A stretch of DNA of 64,000 nt from Octopus vulgaris (Eukaryota), in contig OX597837.1 of assembly GCA_951406725.2 (NCBI GenBank), positions 3,162,001 to 3,226,000 of the forward strand. The letters are read 5' to 3'. Both the position numbers and the translations under genes were made by a program. Positions 14,791 through 29,660 of the stretch are shown here, piece by piece. Below the pieces are notes generated by a model. The model was given only the letters and a program-made list of their open reading frames with translations. It searched no databases and was not told the origin of the DNA. Numbering within the stretch: the first letter of the stretch is position 1; each line of letters starts with the position of its first letter.

Positions 14791-15669
14791 GTCTCTTTAC
14801 CTGACTGTTACATTTTTTTTACTCAACCAACTATGAAACTACTCAACTGGGGAAGATGACAAGGAGGCCTTTAAAAATAACAGCAAAATCTCCCTCAAAT
14901 CACGCCCACTCTACTGTCTTGAGGAAAAAACAAAGGACAGATTGGATTTTGCAACCCTAGATCACTGAGTTTTCAATCCTTTACTGATTTTAATTAATGA
15001 CCTGTGGCCATGCTGGGGCAGTGCCTTGAGAGGTTTAATTGATCATGTCAACAACAGTAATAATTCAGAAGCTTGGTACCTTCTCTAAGGAACTCTATTT
15101 GACAAACAGCTAAGTTACAGGAAATAAATGGGAACAGGAACACAAACATCCCATTCACAAGAGTGTGTGTGTGTAATGCAGGCTTCCATACTGTTTCTAT
15201 CTATGAAACTCTTTCTCAACAGATTGGTTTGCTCGGGGTTATAGTAGCAGGTACTCATCCAAGGAGCTATGCAGGGGGACTGAACCTGGAACCATATGGT
15301 TGGAAAGCAAGCTTCTTAACCACACAGCCTTGCATGTGTCAATGGTTGTGGCTGGAACATCTTTGATCATAGGTCTACTGGATCAGACTTGACCTAGGGT
15401 TAAACAATAATATTAAAAACAAAGGATACATTCAACAATGTAATCCTTGATAGATAAAAAGTAGACAAGGATTTAACCAAAGACAAAGATGTCTGTCCTC
15501 AATTCTTTCCTCCTCGTTCACCACACAACCTCTTTTGCCATACCATAATATCTACAAATAAAATGGAGTGGATAAAGTTAGGACACCTTTGACCTTTGGA
15601 GTCCTTGATCAGAGTTGACCAAAGGTTAAACAACAATATGGAATGAATCATTTATAAAGTCAAGAGGAC

Positions 15670-16929
15670 ATCATAATCATCATCATCATCATCGTTTAAC
15701 GTCCGCTTTCCATGCTAGCATGGGTTGGACGGTTTAACTGGGGTCTGGGAACCCCGAAGGCTGTACCAGGCCAGTCAGATCTGGCGGTGTTTCTACAGCT
15801 GGATGCCCTTCCTAACGCTAACCACTCCGTGAGTGTAGTGGGTGCTTTTTATGTGCCACCGACATAGGTGCCAGACGAGGCTGGCGAACGGCCACGCTCG
15901 GATGGTGTTTTTTACGTTGCCACCGGCACAGAGGCCAGGCAGGGCTGGCACAGCCACGATCGGATGGTGTTTGTTACGTGCCACCAGCATGGAGGCCAGT
16001 CGATGCGGTGTTGGCTATGACCACGTTCGGATGGTTCTCTTATGTGCCACCGGCACAAACTACAAATTCCATTGATGTGGATCGATTTCGATTTGATTTG
16101 ATTCTTCAATTTTGATTTTCACTTGCCTCAACAGGTCTTCACAAGTAGAGTTATGTGTCCCAAGAAGGAAGGTATGCACAGGTGGACTGACTACGTCCTA
16201 GGTAGGGGCCACGGCTTATGGCCTCACTTGTCCTGCCGGGTCTTCTCGCGCACAGCATACTTCCAAAGGTCACAGTCTCTGGTCATTTCCTCAGTAAGAC
16301 CTAAAGAGCGAAGGTCGTGTTTCACCACCTCATCCCAGGTTTTCCTGGGTCTACCTCTTCCACAGGTTCCCTCAACTGCTAGGGTGTGGCACTGTTTCAC
16401 ACAACTATCTTCATCCATTCTTACCACGTGTCCATACCAGCGTAGACGTCTCTCTTGCACACCACAACTGATACTTCTTAGGTCCAACTTTTCTCTCAAG
16501 GCACTTACACTCTGTCGGGTATGAACACTGACATTACACATCCATCGGAGCATACTAGCTTCATTTCTTGCGAGCTTACGCATATCCTCAGCAGTCACGG
16601 CCCATGTTTCACTGCCATGTAGCATGGCTGTTCGTACACATGCATCATACAGTCTGCCTTTTACTCTGTGCGAGAGGCCTTTGTCACCAGCAGAGGTAAG
16701 AGCTCTCTGAACTTTGCCCAGGCTATTCTTACTGTAGCAGTTACACTTCCGGCACACCCACCCCCACTACTGACTTGATCACCTAGGTAACAGAAACTAT
16801 CAACTATTTCTAGTTTTTCTCCCTGGAATGTGGCAGAAGATGGTCTCTGCGCATTTTCAGTGTTTATTGCACCAGAGCATCTGCCACACAAAAACTATAT
16901 TCCTAATTAGCCTTCCTTTGACATTGCTG
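15670..16929 (-). mobile_element. RTE LINE 3' fragment (frameshifted)
   Basis: ORFs 16661-16891 and 16224-16757 are near-identical to the RTE at 2747-3690. The 3'UTR and tail are present. Confidence 0.92.
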
Positions 16930-17891
16930 CATGGAGACAGGATGGGTAAAAACCCTGTCTTAATCATGGTAGGGTAGTTGGGTAAAGCTCTGCTATAACC
17001 AAGAGGGGAAGGGACTTGAGTGAATGCAGCATGGTGACTCTTACATGTGCTACAGTTTGAACACAAAATTATGGTCAATAGTAAATTTCACCAGTTTGGA
17101 CAAATGTTCTCGTCTTCTCTACAACATAGAAGCAAACTTAATAGATTAATTTTACTCAATTAGTTATGCCAATCCAATGTAGACCACCACTAGTGACACA
17201 GGACTGATTTGCTTTCTATTTACTTTCTTCTATACATCTCCAGTAACACACTCCACCAAGACACTCGACTTCACTGAAGATCATGACTCTTTTAGGATGC
17301 CTACCACTCTACCACACAACCATTTATACTCTTTACTCCTTTTTTGTTACTTGTTTCAGTCATTTGACTGTGGCCATGCTGGAGCACCGCCTTTAGTCGA
17401 GCAAATCGACCCTGGGACTTATTCTTTGTAAGCCTAGTACTTATTCTATCAGTCTCTTTTGCCAAACTGCTAAGTGATGGAGACGCAAACACACAGCATC
17501 GGTTGTCAAGCAATGTTGGGGGGACAAACACAGACACCCAAACATATACACACACACACATATATATACATATACATACATATATACGACGGGCTTCTTT
17601 CAGTTTCCGTCTACCAAATCCACTCACAAGGCTTTGGTCGGCCCGAGGCTCACTGAATTCCTTCAACTTCACAACCAATCTATCAGTTCTGTTAGTCTAG
17701 AATTCTGCCATTTATACCATTCTACAAGTCTGCCCCATTTCTTCCGCCCCACAACAAGTCTCAGAATTCTATCAGTCAACCAGTCTCTCATTTCTACCAT
17801 TCCTGCCATTCACTACTGTTTCTACCATCCACTGCTACCATTCTCTCATTCTACCATTCCACAGAAAGAAAGAAAGGAAGGAATTACTCAC

Positions 17892-17987
17892 GGGTGTATT
17901 TTCATTTTTCAACCGGTTTAGAACACGTTCTATGGTGTGTTGGTTTTTGGAGAACTTGCCATCTCTTTTTACGTAAATACATCCATG
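17892..17987 (-). CDS. AGPAT5: AGPAT5-like exon (HGCIYVKRDGKFSKNQHTIERVLNRLKNENTP), absent from the ORF track
   Basis: 96 nt, phase 0-0, ctctgcag acceptor, gtgagt donor. HGxIYVKR motif as in AGPAT5. Confidence 0.93.
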
Positions 17988-18241
17988 CTGCAGAGATACA
18001 AAAGAAAGAATGAAATGAAATGAAGGAGGAGTGAAGGCGACTCACAGGAATGAAAGAAAGGAGCAGAGGAAATCTGGTGATGTATATTGTTTTGGTGCAG
18101 TCGACAACAATGATGTGATGCTGGATGTGAGTAACAGGGACATGCTATGAGATGTGATAAATGTGTGCATGTGTGTGTGTATACACATAAATTGTGTTTT
18201 GGGAGACAGTAAACAATATGCTGTAGTACATAATATATATA

Positions 18242-18743
18242 TTAGGTTGACAAAAAAGTTCATGTGTCGAATGGTCGCACCATCAACACTGAACTTTACA
18301 GCGAGCAACTTGATCAAGTCTATGACACTCTAGTTGAAAAGTACCCAAGACTTGTTCGTTGAAAATGTGCTTTGTTTCAACAAGCCGCACACCACCAGAA
18401 AGACCAGCAACAAAATTGAAGAATTGGATGGTGTGGAAGTTCTGCAGCATCCAGCCTATAGTCCACATGTTGCTCCATCGGACTATGGTCTCTTCTGATT
18501 GATGCAGCACTTTATGAAAGGTTGCCAAATTGAGTCATTCGATGAAGGTGAAGAAGCCTGTCAAGAATTTTTTGATTCAAAGCCAAAGGATTGGTACTTT
18601 GACCAAATCCGAAAACTTGCAGATCATTGGCAGAAGGTCATGGAAAATGATGGTCTTTTGAAGAATAGTTGCTGTTTTTGAATAAATTCCTGCATAAAAA
18701 TTCGTTATTTTAACATGCAGCACAAACCTTTTCCTCAACTTAG
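18242..18743 (+). mobile_element. Internally deleted mariner transposon relic
   Basis: EVLQHPAYSPHVAPSDYGLF*..FFDSKPKDWY..IRKLADHWQKVMENDG (mariner YSPDLAPSDY motif). Degenerate TA-flanked TIRs ttaggttgacaaaaaagtt / ctaagttgaggaaaaggtt. Confidence 0.88.
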
Positions 18744-18987
18744 TATATATATACAATATATTTATGTATTTACATTATATATATATATAGTGAAAGTTAA
18801 AAAGCGACACAAGGGAGTCTCCTGCATGGCACAAAACTTTTGGCTCTTGAGTCACATTGTATCTTCTGGTGAATAATAAAAATGAAATACATATTCATCT
18901 TTCCAGTTCTATTTATCCTGTTTGTACAAAACCATGGATGCACATATGTATACATACATGCAAGTCTATATGTATAGACACAAATAT

Positions 18988-19020
<33 letters not shown>

Positions 19021-19512
19021 ACGCACGCATACGGCTCAACACTGCTTTTGGAAATTACTCAATTTATCAAAATTTCTTGTGTAACCACAAGCAAAACTCT
19101 AAGGTTACAGAGAATTCCATTTGAGAATCACTGCTCTAAGAATGGTTGCCATGTACAGCAGCAAAGGAAGCATTCCATAGATGTGAACAATACTGCATAT
19201 TGCATCTTTCATTTTTTTGTTTTTTTACCTTTTTTCAACTGGTGGTGGGGGGGGACAAACACAGAAAGACATACATACATACATACATACATTCAACAGG
19301 CTTCTTTCAGTTTCCATCTACCAAATCCATTCACAAGGCTTTGGTCAGTCTGATATTATAATAGAAGACACTTGCCCAAATTTCCACACAGTGGGACTGA
19401 ACCCAGAACCATGTGGTTGGTAAGCAAGTTTCTTACCACAAAGGCTTAGAGAAGTAAACTGAAAGTAAAACAAATAAAAAACAGAAGAAGCAATTTTTTC
19501 GTCTGTGTTTAC

Positions 19513-19628
19513 CTGTCTGAAGTAAAATCCATACATTGGCAGGAACTTTAGACTGTCCTTGAGGATATATCGTATGTGACCGATCATTCCTTGACGTATA
19601 GCCAACATATTGGTGACAATCCAGTCGA
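19513..19628 (-). CDS. AGPAT5: AGPAT5-like exon ((V)DWIVTNMLAIRQGMIGHIRYILKDSLKFLPMYGFYFRQ)
   Basis: 116 nt, ttccacag acceptor, CAG|gtaaac donor. Completes the NHQSTVD catalytic HxxxxD motif with the upstream exon. Confidence 0.95.
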
Positions 19629-20679
19629 CTGTGGAAAGACAATGAAACAAACATTAATATGAGAATTACACTTTTGTGTGTGTGTGTGTGTGTGATGGGG
19701 GTGGATTCTAGAATCTGCAAGGCCATGTTGGGCTCCTACAGATATCCGAGATGGTTTCTATGTCTGGATGCTTTGCCGAACACCAACCACTTTATACAGT
19801 GTACTAAGTACATTCTTCATGTCACCAGTATGTGACATTGTTGTGCAAATTGCAAACAAAGAACAGGGAAAAAAAAGGAAAAAGTTCTCACTATGTGTAT
19901 GTGTGTGTGTGTTTGTATCTTTTTGTTTTCATGTTAAAATTGCTTAGGTGGCAGTAACAGTTACTAATGTCCTTCACAGAAATGGCAGCTCAATGTGTGT
20001 AAAACACTTCGATGAAAACAGAAAGGGCATCCAACCATAGAATATCATCTCAACAAGTTCTCTTCAACTGATGCCAACATGGAAAAAAAAATGAATGCAA
20101 AATGGTGAGGATGAATGGAATGAACAATTAAGATGTGGACTGCATCATAAGCCACTCATCTGGTTTCCGTGATGTATAAGAGATCAAAATCTCAACAATC
20201 CTACCCCCTAAATGGGACTCCAGTCTGTCGCAGGAGTAACCTACTTGCAGCTGAGTGGACTGGTGCAATGTGAAACAAAGTGTTTTGCTCAACAGCACAA
20301 TGTGCTACCCACTCCAGGAATTGAAACCACAATCTTACAATCACAAATCAAACTTACAACAAGATCACATGTGAATCTATTGCCTAATTAATCATAATTA
20401 AAAAAGCAATAGATTGATTTTGGCTTAATCTGAAATGTCAAAGGTCAGTGGGTAATTGATCATCGTTGTCAAGATGATGTCATCATTGATGACGTAAAGG
20501 TTAATAAATAAAGAGTGGACTTCAATCTGATTTAATATGGCAAAAGAAGGGGAGGGTCAAGGAGATAATTATGAGAAGGAAGAGGAGGATAGTGATGGTG
20601 ATGATTAAGATAAATAAGGATAATAATAACACTGATAACAATGATGATGACGATGATGGTTTCGAATGTAGACGCAAGG

Positions 20680-20906
20680 TCAGAAATTTGTGACAAAGGA
20701 AGAGGTTAGTCAATCACATCGACCCCAGCACTTGACTGGAACTTTGTTTTATTAACCCCCTACAAGAATGAAGGACTAAACTGATTTTGGTGGGATTTGA
20801 ACTCAGAAAATAAAGAGTTGGAAGAAATGGTGCAAAGCTTTTCTTTGTGATTTTTTAAATAATGTTCTTACAATTCTGCTAATCCATTATCCTTATTATT
20901 ATTATT

Positions 20907-20956
<50 letters not shown>

Positions 20957-21322
20957 CCTTTCTACTATAGGCATAAAGCCTGAAATTTGGGAGAAGAGGG
21001 TAGTTGACTACATCGACCCCAGAGTTCAACTGATACTTACTGAATCGACCCTGAAAGGATGAAAGGCAAAGTTGACCTTGCTAGAATTTGAACTCAGAAT
21101 ATAGTGACAGGCGAAATACCACTAAGCATTTCATCTAACATGCTGATGATTCTGCCAGCTCACTGCCTTAATAATAATCATAACAATAATAGTTTCAAAT
21201 TTTGCCACAAGGGCAGCCATTTTGGGGCATGAGTCGATTACATCGACCCCAGTGTTCCACTGGTACTTAATTTATTGACCCCAAAAGATTGAAAGGCAAA
21301 GTCGACTTTGGTAGAATTTGAA
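20680..21322 (-). mobile_element. Cluster of three SINE copies with a gcctttcatcctttc..gggtcgat core. More copies at 34000-34195, 34288-34492 (-) and 42502-42620 (+)
   Basis: Repeated tcgacccc..gaaaggatgaaaggcaaagtcgac..gaatttgaactcag motif, separated by (TAA)/(ATG) tails. Confidence 0.75.
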
Positions 21323-22099
21323 AATAATAATAATAGTGATAATAACGATATTGGTGATGATAGTTATAACTATGATGACGATAATGAAGTTAATAAATTA
21401 ACTCCTTGGCCAGAGCAAATTCCATAAAGACCAACAGATCAGTGGACAAGCCAGGGCTCCTAGGAAGATTCAAGTCCTGGATTTACTCACATGGGATCCT
21501 TCAAAGACTTCTCTGACTCATGCTCAACAATGAAATCCCCAGAACTATAGTGAAGGGCTTTGACAGTAAAGTAAAATTGGTCCTCACCTTGGATAACTTG
21601 AACAGGGTTGGGCTTTTGTGTCCTTCAACTGAACCTCCACCCTTGTTCATCACTTACTCTATATTCATCTCTACCACTACCACCATCTTTAACCATCTGT
21701 TATGAAATTATCCACCCCCTCATCCCCTCCCATGGTCCACTGTCCGTATCCTACCTTATGGCCACTTTCTTAGACCTTGTGAGTTTGCTCAGGCTCTCTT
21801 TTATCGCCTTCTCCACACAATTGGGATGGCCATGTATCTCCTCATTAGCAAGACATCTGTGCTTGTCCCTCTCTCTTACTTTAACCTTTCAACATCCAGC
21901 ATCAACCCACCTTCCCCATCTTAAATGTTCCCTATTTAATTGTGGGAGCTTTCTCCTTTTCCTCTCCATCTTCTTCTGTCTTGCAAGTTTAAACAACTTC
22001 ATCAGAACCAGTAGCATGAAAGAAAAAGCACACCCACTGCTCTCTGTAAAGTGGATGGCACTAGGAAATCATAGCAATAAGTGAGACCAGACTACATGA

Positions 22100-25000
22100 A
22101 CCACGGGCCCTAAAGTTCATGTTTGGCGGACAGTTTAACATTTATTTTTCTCCTTGTCTGCCAAGAATGGGCGGTAGTGGCACGGTGGTACTTTTTCGCA
22201 AGTGTCTGGATCTTGAAGTAAAGACAATATTCGTAGACCCGGAGGGTAGACTGGTTGTCCTGGATGTCGATGGCAGGAATGGGTGCGCTTTTCGACTCCT
22301 GGCAGTCTATGCACCACCTTCAACAGGTCTGTCGGATTTCTTTCGAGGTCTAGAAGTATTCCTGGGAACATCTCGTCCTTTACTTTTAGTGGGGGATTGG
22401 AATGCTACCTTGGACACGCATCTAGACTACGTGGGGAGAGACGAAAATAGATGGGGATGTAAATGCCTCAGACGCTTTCAACTGTCTGACAGGTACTGAC
22501 TCGACCACCCAAATGCGCCAACGTGGACATGGAGCAACCGCATTGGGTCGTTGAGATCGTATCTAGATAGGATACTATGTAGGACAGCAGATAGGGATAG
22601 CTTAGGATGTCCACAATTCCACATAGTCAGCTACACAGATCACAAACTCATGACATGTATGCTAGACTTAGATAAGGCACATAGGCAGGGTCCCTGTTAC
22701 TGGAAACTGAACGCGTCTTTCCCGTCGAGACAGGTTTTCAGAAACCGAATTAGCACACTAGTAAAGAGGGCTTTGCCGGGAACCATCGTCAGCAACAAAT
22801 GGTGGTTTGCCCTCAAGAGAGCAGTAAAAGCAGAAGCCATTAGGTATAGCAAAGCACTAGCCATAGATAGAAACAGAGTAGAGGGTGAGCTAGTTAAGAA
22901 GTTAGAAGAGGCAATAAGAAGTGGCATCACATCCAACGTTTTGGTGGCGAGGTTGGCCCTTGAACAACACTTCAACGCCAAACACGAAGGGTGTGCTGTC
23001 AGGGCTAGGATGCATGCTCTAAGGATGGAAGGTGTTGGAGCCGCGAGAGAGGCCTGGGTGGTGGAGGCGCAATGGGGCAACAAAGCCACCATTCGGTCCC
23101 TGGTAGATGAACAGGGACGCGAGTTGCTCGAGCCGAGCAAGATGTGCGAGGCGTTTCAGCAGCATTTTGCCCGACTGTTCGGGAGGAGTGGTAAGCGAGA
23201 ACGCCACGACTCTCGACAAGAGAGGCGGAGTGCTGCGAAGGCGCCATCACGGCGGTGGATGTGCGGGACGCAATAGCAGAATGCTCGAGAGACAAATTGC
23301 CGGGTTTGGATGGTCTACCCTATGACTTTTACAATTGTATGCCAGACTTGTTTGGAGACGTCTTGACAGTGGTATACTGCAACTGGCAGCAAAACGGGAG
23401 CATACTCGGTTTTGTGAGTCGAGGAGCCTTAACGCTGCAGAAGAAAGATCCAAACAAGGGGGACATTATAGATAACTTTAGGCCCATCACTCTGCTCAAT
23501 GCAGACCTGAAAATTTTGACCAAGGTGTTAGCCAAGAGGTTGGCGCTTGTCATCAAGAAATTGGTCGACAAGGCGCAAATGTGCACTGTGCCGAGCCAGA
23601 GCATCCATGACAACCTCCATCTGATGCGCTACATCATAGACAGAGTAGTTAAGGAACCTGGCATGGGTGGGGCCCTGATCAATTTGGATCAATCGAAAGC
23701 TTTCGATAGGGTAGACCATCGATACTTGGAGGCAGTCCTGAGAGCGGCTGGTTTCGGTCCAGTTTTCCACAGCTGGATAGCTGCTTTGTACAGAGGTATC
23801 CATTCGGTAATTCGCGTAAATGGACATCTATCGAGACCTTTCGACATTGCATGTTCAGTCCGTCAGGGATGCCCCCTCTCGTCACTTCTATACATATTGA
23901 CTCTTGAGCCACTACTGCAGAAGCTGGCGACTCTGAGGGGCATCCTGTGAGAACTGGGATGTGGGACGAGCGTGTCTGCATACGTGGACGACGTCACCAT
24001 CATAGTGTCTAGCCACGAGCACATCGAGCTGGTCGTCGAGACACTGAAAGACTACAAAGCGGTGACAGGAGCAAAAATCAACCGGGAAAAGTCAGTGGGC
24101 TTGCGGCTCGGCACCTGGAGAAGCAAGCCCATGCCGTCCACTAGCACCTCCATCGTGGGACGCTGGACAGACAGCCCGGTCAAGTTGCTCGGGGTCTGGT
24201 TCAGTCCGGACCTCCAAATGGAGAAGAACTGGAACGAGATAACGAGTAGGGTGGTCACTCTCACTCGGCAATGGCCCGAGAGGAAACTGTCCCTAAAAGG
24301 CCGGGCGGAGGTGGCGAACACGTACATCGTGTCCATCATCTACTACCGCCTGACCGTCGTATCCTGACCCGACCCTACCATCACCAAACTAGAACGCATT
24401 CTCTTCCGCTTCTTGTGGAAAGGATGCGTCCCGATGGTCAGGCAATCCATTTGCTGTCAACACCTGTTAAAAGGAGGGCTGGGCATACCGTGGTTGATGA
24501 TGCGCAGACACGCGCTGAGACTGTGACATCTCCAGCTCTATGTAGACGATGGTGAACAGGTGTGGTCGCCGTTTGTGAGGCAAGCCTTCCCGCAGCTCGT
24601 CTCCATGACCGAACTGCAGTCGTGGTACAAAAAGAGGCCGAGGAAGGGCAAATGGCACCGCGAGTGTCGCATTGCTCTCAAGCACCTATGCCATCCCGGG
24701 TTGACCTTCAACACAACCAAAGCATTCTATAGGGGATTAGTGGAAGGGAGGTACAATGACGATCTTGGGGCGAACCTGGGCGTCGACGAGGAATACATGA
24801 CCCGCCTTTTTGAGATGACTTTCGGGCCGGGACCTATGGACAACTTCCAGAGATCCCTGGCCTGGCAGTGCTAACGAGAAGTGCTACCCATTCGGGATAA
24901 GCTCTATAGGCATGGCTCGAGAAACACGGGGCCGACCTGCCCGAGATGCGGTCAGAGCAACGAAACCGTTCTGCACACAATCGTGCAGTGTCCAACAATC

Positions 25001-25718
25001 TCCGACCTGTGGACTTATGTCGAACGACTGCTGTCACATGTGGGACGTGTTGGTTTATCAGCCAAGTCTATCGTTAATATCGTCATGCCTCCTTCCTTCA
25101 AACAGGAAGGAAGAGCTATTTTTATCATACTTGTGGCTATGGCGAAAGAATGTATCTGGTGGATGCGCCTGAAAGGATTAGAGACAAACACTTTCCTCTC
25201 TGGTCAATCTCTCATCAACTTCTTCACGTATCACTTGAAAAGGAAAGTGAGAGTAGAGAGGCAAGTTTTGTCTAGTGAATGTTTTAAAAAAAGATGGGTG
25301 AATGTAGCAAGGATGGCACATATGAATGACGAAGCCACCTTGAGTATGATCCTATGAACAGTAAAAATTTAATACAGAGAGTTACTTATTTGTAAAAAAA
25401 AAATGTAATATGTGACTTCATTGACCAGGGTTACTGTGGTCTTTTCTGTAAGCTTTTCTTTCCACGGGTTAACCTCACATGTCTTCCCCTTTACACTGAC
25501 ATTTCTGTGATAACGCTCCCTAGTGATTGATTTTTTCTTTTTCCTTTTATTTTTATCCCCCCCCCCCAACTTTTTTTTTTGCTTTTGCTTTCCTCTTTCT
25601 TTCCTTTTACAATCCCTTTTGATCGAAAACCACCCACCCTTTTTTTATCCCCAAAAGAAAAACTCTACCTTGTAATTTGTCCCGTCTGTGTGCAGCCCTG
25701 TGTGGCTAATAAAGAAAC
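22100..25718 (+). mobile_element. Tx1/L1-clade LINE, near-complete decayed ORF2 (APE endonuclease, RT, C-terminal Cys motif)
   Basis: AVYAP, VGDWN, SYLDR, YTDH, YWKLN, PGLDG, FRPITLLN, KAFDRV, RQGCPLS, YVDD, LSLKGR, CPRC..ETVLH, with multiple stops and frameshifts. Ends in aataaagaaac. Confidence 0.93.
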
Positions 25719-25737
25719 ATATCTATCTATCTATCTA

Positions 25738-25788
<51 letters not shown>

Positions 25789-25828
25789 TGACACACAAAT
25801 GCACACATACATACAACTATATATATAT

Positions 25829-26699
25829 GGGGTGTGATGGGTAAATTGACAACATGAATTTCGCACATGCTCATTGTTTGTTTTTGATTTTGTCAAATAT
25901 ACACTATAGTAGGGTCAGTTGGGCACCAGCTGTGAGAAAAATAGCACCATGAGGTAATTCACTTTGCTAGAAATTTGGAATTTGGAAATGACATGCTGTA
26001 CTACTTGGCATTCATGCTGGAAGCTCCAATATGAATATTTCAGAGTGTTTGGGTGTCAGTCTGAGGACAGTGAAATCTGAGGACATGTACCATGAACGAT
26101 AAAAATTAAACATCCAGTCAACATCATGGCGTTTGGAGTGATCACTAACGATGGCGACATTATGCCTTCATTCATCCTCCCACACGACCTAAGACCCAAT
26201 ACGGAGACTTACATCAAGTGCCTGAAGGAGGTAGTACTGCCCTGGGTCAAGAGGGTGGCTGCTGGAAGACCCTATGTCTGGCAACAACATGGCGCACAAG
26301 CAAGAGAACCTAGTCATGGCTATCAGACAATCTCTGCAACCACATCACCTCTAACATCTGGCTACCTAACTCCTCAGACTGCAACCCCCTTGATTATTAT
26401 GTGTGGAGTGCAGTTGAGTGAGAGACCAGCAAAATTCCTTGTAACACCACAGATGAACTGAAGGCAAGGAGTATGGCTGCATTCACCAACTTAAAAAGGA
26501 GACCATCCAGAATAGTTGAAAGAGATTCTGAAGTCATCTGGAAGCTGTGGTTGAAGCCAATGGCAATTTCATTGAATAAATTTACTCTTTAATATTTCAA
26601 GATATTTTTATGTAATTTTGGTTAATATGTCTGTTAAAATGAGGTGTCAGTGTTATTTTCATTTTTGCGTAATTTAGACAATTTATTCACCGCTCCCTA
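25829..26699 (+). mobile_element. Tc1/mariner superfamily relic (maT/DD37D-like)
   Basis: KHPVNIMAFGVITNDG..YIKCLKEVVLPW..YVWQQ and, frameshifted, WLPNSSDCNPLDYYVW. Degenerate TIRs ggggtgtgatgggtaaattga / gggagcggtgaataaattgt. Confidence 0.82.
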
Positions 26700-27458
26700 T
26701 GCATATATAAATATATATATATATTTACAGATAGATAGATATAAATACTCACACATATGCATACAAGTATATATATGTGTGTGCTCTATCTACTTCTGTC
26801 TAAATACATACATACATACATATATGTACATTATATATATATGAATATATATATATACACACACGCACACAAATATATACTAAATATAAGCACAGCACCA
26901 TGACATTTTTATGAAAGCATGAAAAGTAGGGCAACTTTAAAAGTATGTGTCTTTAATAAACAGACAGTTTAGCCTCACTGTGGAAAGTCAACAAAATGCT
27001 TAACAGTATGGGCCTTATCTCTCCATGGTCATAAAAAAATGATAAAATGATCATATTAAGAAGATTTGTTGTTTATGAAAGTCTCCTGAGATCAGAAGAA
27101 ATAAATTCTGATTCTGTCCAGCGAGAGAGAGAGAGAGGTTTACTGTTATTTATTTACACACATCAAACAATCTAAACCAAAGCAGCATGAAAGCTGTAGA
27201 TGATGATGATGATGATGATGATGATGAAGAATCAGTTTCAGCATCACAGTGCTAACGCTGGCAATGTGAATCAATTAATTAATGAAGACTCAGCTAGGCA
27301 CAGACATGGCTGTGTGGTAAGAAGCTTGCTTTCCAACCACATGGTTCTGGGTTCAGTGTCACTGTATGGCACATTGGGTGTCTCCTACTATAGTCCAGGC
27401 CAACCAAAGCTCTTTGAGTGAATCTGGTAGATGGAAACTGAAAGAAGTTCATTATATA

Positions 27459-27516
<58 letters not shown>

Positions 27517-27620
27517 ATCCAAACATGAAAACACAAAGAGAAAACACAACAACGTGAGGACATGGAACAAGTATAGTGTTATTGGATGCTCAGGAAAGGA
27601 AAGAAAGAAGGAGGATTTAC

Positions 27621-27646
<26 letters not shown>

Positions 27647-27651
<5 letters not shown>

Positions 27652-28467
27652 CAAAACAAATCAAAATAGATGAACATCAATGGAATTTGTATCTTTGTGG
27701 TACCAGTGCCGGTGGTACACAAGAAAACCATCCGAACGTGGCCGTAGCCAGTACTGCATCGACTGTACGTAACAAACACCATCCAATCGTGGCCGTTCGC
27801 TAGCCTCATCTGGCACCTGTGTTGGTGGCACATAAAAACACCATCCGTGGCTCTGCCAGCCTTGTCTGGCACCTGTGTCGGTGGCACATAAAAAACACCA
27901 TCTGAGCGTGGCCGTGCATACCTTCCTTCCTTCTTGTGACACTTGTGAAGACCTGTTGAGGCAAGTGAAATCAAATCAAATCAAATCAAATCAAAACAAA
28001 TCAAAATAGATGAACATCAATGGAATTTGTATCTTTGTGGTACAGTGCCGGTGGCACACAAGAAAACCATCCGAACGTGGCCGTGCCAGCACCGCATCGA
28101 CTGGCCTCCGTGCTGTGGGCACATAACAAACACCATCCGATCGTGGCCGTTCGCCAGCCTCATCTGGCACATAAAAACACCATCCGAGCGTGGCCGTCTG
28201 CCAGCCTCGTCTGGCACCTGTGTCGGTGGCACATAAAAAACACCATCTGAGCGTGGCCGTTCGCCAGCCTCGTCTGGCACATGTGTCGGTGGCACATAAA
28301 ATCACCCACTACACTCTCGGAGTGGTTGGCGTTAGGAAGGGCATCCAGCTGTAGAAACACTGCCAGATCTGACTGGCCTGGTGCAGCCTTCGGGCTCCCC
28401 AGACCCCAGTTGAACCGTCCAACCCATGCTAGCATGGAAAACGGACGCTAAATGATGATGATGATGA
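27647..28467 (+). mobile_element. RTE 3'UTR-derived element with tandem duplication
   Basis: Near-identical to 7660-8165. Confidence 0.85.
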
Positions 28468-28644
28468 TATGACAGATTTTCTCACTGTGAACAACAAATG
28501 ACGGTTCAGTAAAAGAAAGTGTTAATCATGTTCTATGGACATGAATGTGTCTCTTGAGGCTTGTTGGTGCTTTGCAAACATTTTGACAAATGGAACGTGT
28601 CAAGGACTCAGTTTGCTTGAGAGCTTGTGGATCATTTGCTAAGG

Positions 28645-29660
28645 AGGGACTGTGTGGTAAGTAGCTTGCTTACGAACCACATGGTTCCAGGTTCAGTCCC
28701 ACTGCATGGCACCTTGGGCAAGTGTCTTCTACTCTAGCCTTGGGCCGACCAAAGCTTTGTGAGTGGATTTGGTAGACAGAAACTGAAAGAAGCTCGTCAT
28801 ATATCATCATCATCGTTTAACGTCCGTTTTCCGCGCTAGCACGGGTTGGACGGGGTCTGGGAAGCCAGGGGCTGCTCCAGGCTCCAGTCTGATCTGGCAG
28901 AGTTTCTATGGCTGGATGCCCTTCCTAACACCAACCACTCCGCGAGTGTAGTGGGTGCTTTTTACGTGCCACCTGCACAGGTGCCAGGGGGGTCTGGCAT
29001 TGGCCACGATCGGTTGGAGCTTTTTAACGTGCCAGCGGCACGGAAGCCAGCCAAGGCGGCGCTGGCAACATTCGGATGGTGCTTTTTATGTGCCACCGGC
29101 ACAGAAGCCAGTCAGAGCAGCGCTGGCATCGGCCACGTTCGGATAGTGCTTTTTATGTGCCACCAGCACAGGCATCACAACTACTATTTCCATTGATATT
29201 TATTTCGACGTTCATGTTCATGTACTTGACTCAACAGGTCTCCTCAAGCACAGCGGGACGTTCTGGGATCCAGGGTACTTTGAATGGGCAGGGCCTATGC
29301 GGAACTGATGCAGGAAGCAGCCCGGGTCTTTGCAGTCACAGCATATCTCCAGAGATCTCAGTCCTTCGCCATTGCCTCAGTGAGGCCCAAAGCTCTGAGG
29401 TCATGCTTGACTACCTCATCCCATGTCTTCCTGGGTCATATATATATATATGTGTGTGTGTGTGTGTCTGCGTGTGTGTCTGTGTTTGTCCCCCCAACAT
29501 TGCTGGTGTGTTTACGTCCCCGTAACTTAGCGGTTTGGCAAAAGAGACCAATAGAATAAGTACTGGGCTTACAAAGAATAAGTCCTGGGGTCAATTTGCT
29601 TGACTAAAAGCGGTGCTCTAGCATGGCCACAGTCAAATGATGAAACAAGTAAAAAAAAAA
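28645..29660 (+). mobile_element. tRNA-derived SINE split by an antisense RTE 3' fragment (28805-29437)
   Basis: The SINE 5' half ends at gaagctcgtcatata and the 3' half resumes after 29437. The uninterrupted copy at 47802-48173 gives the reference. Confidence 0.85.
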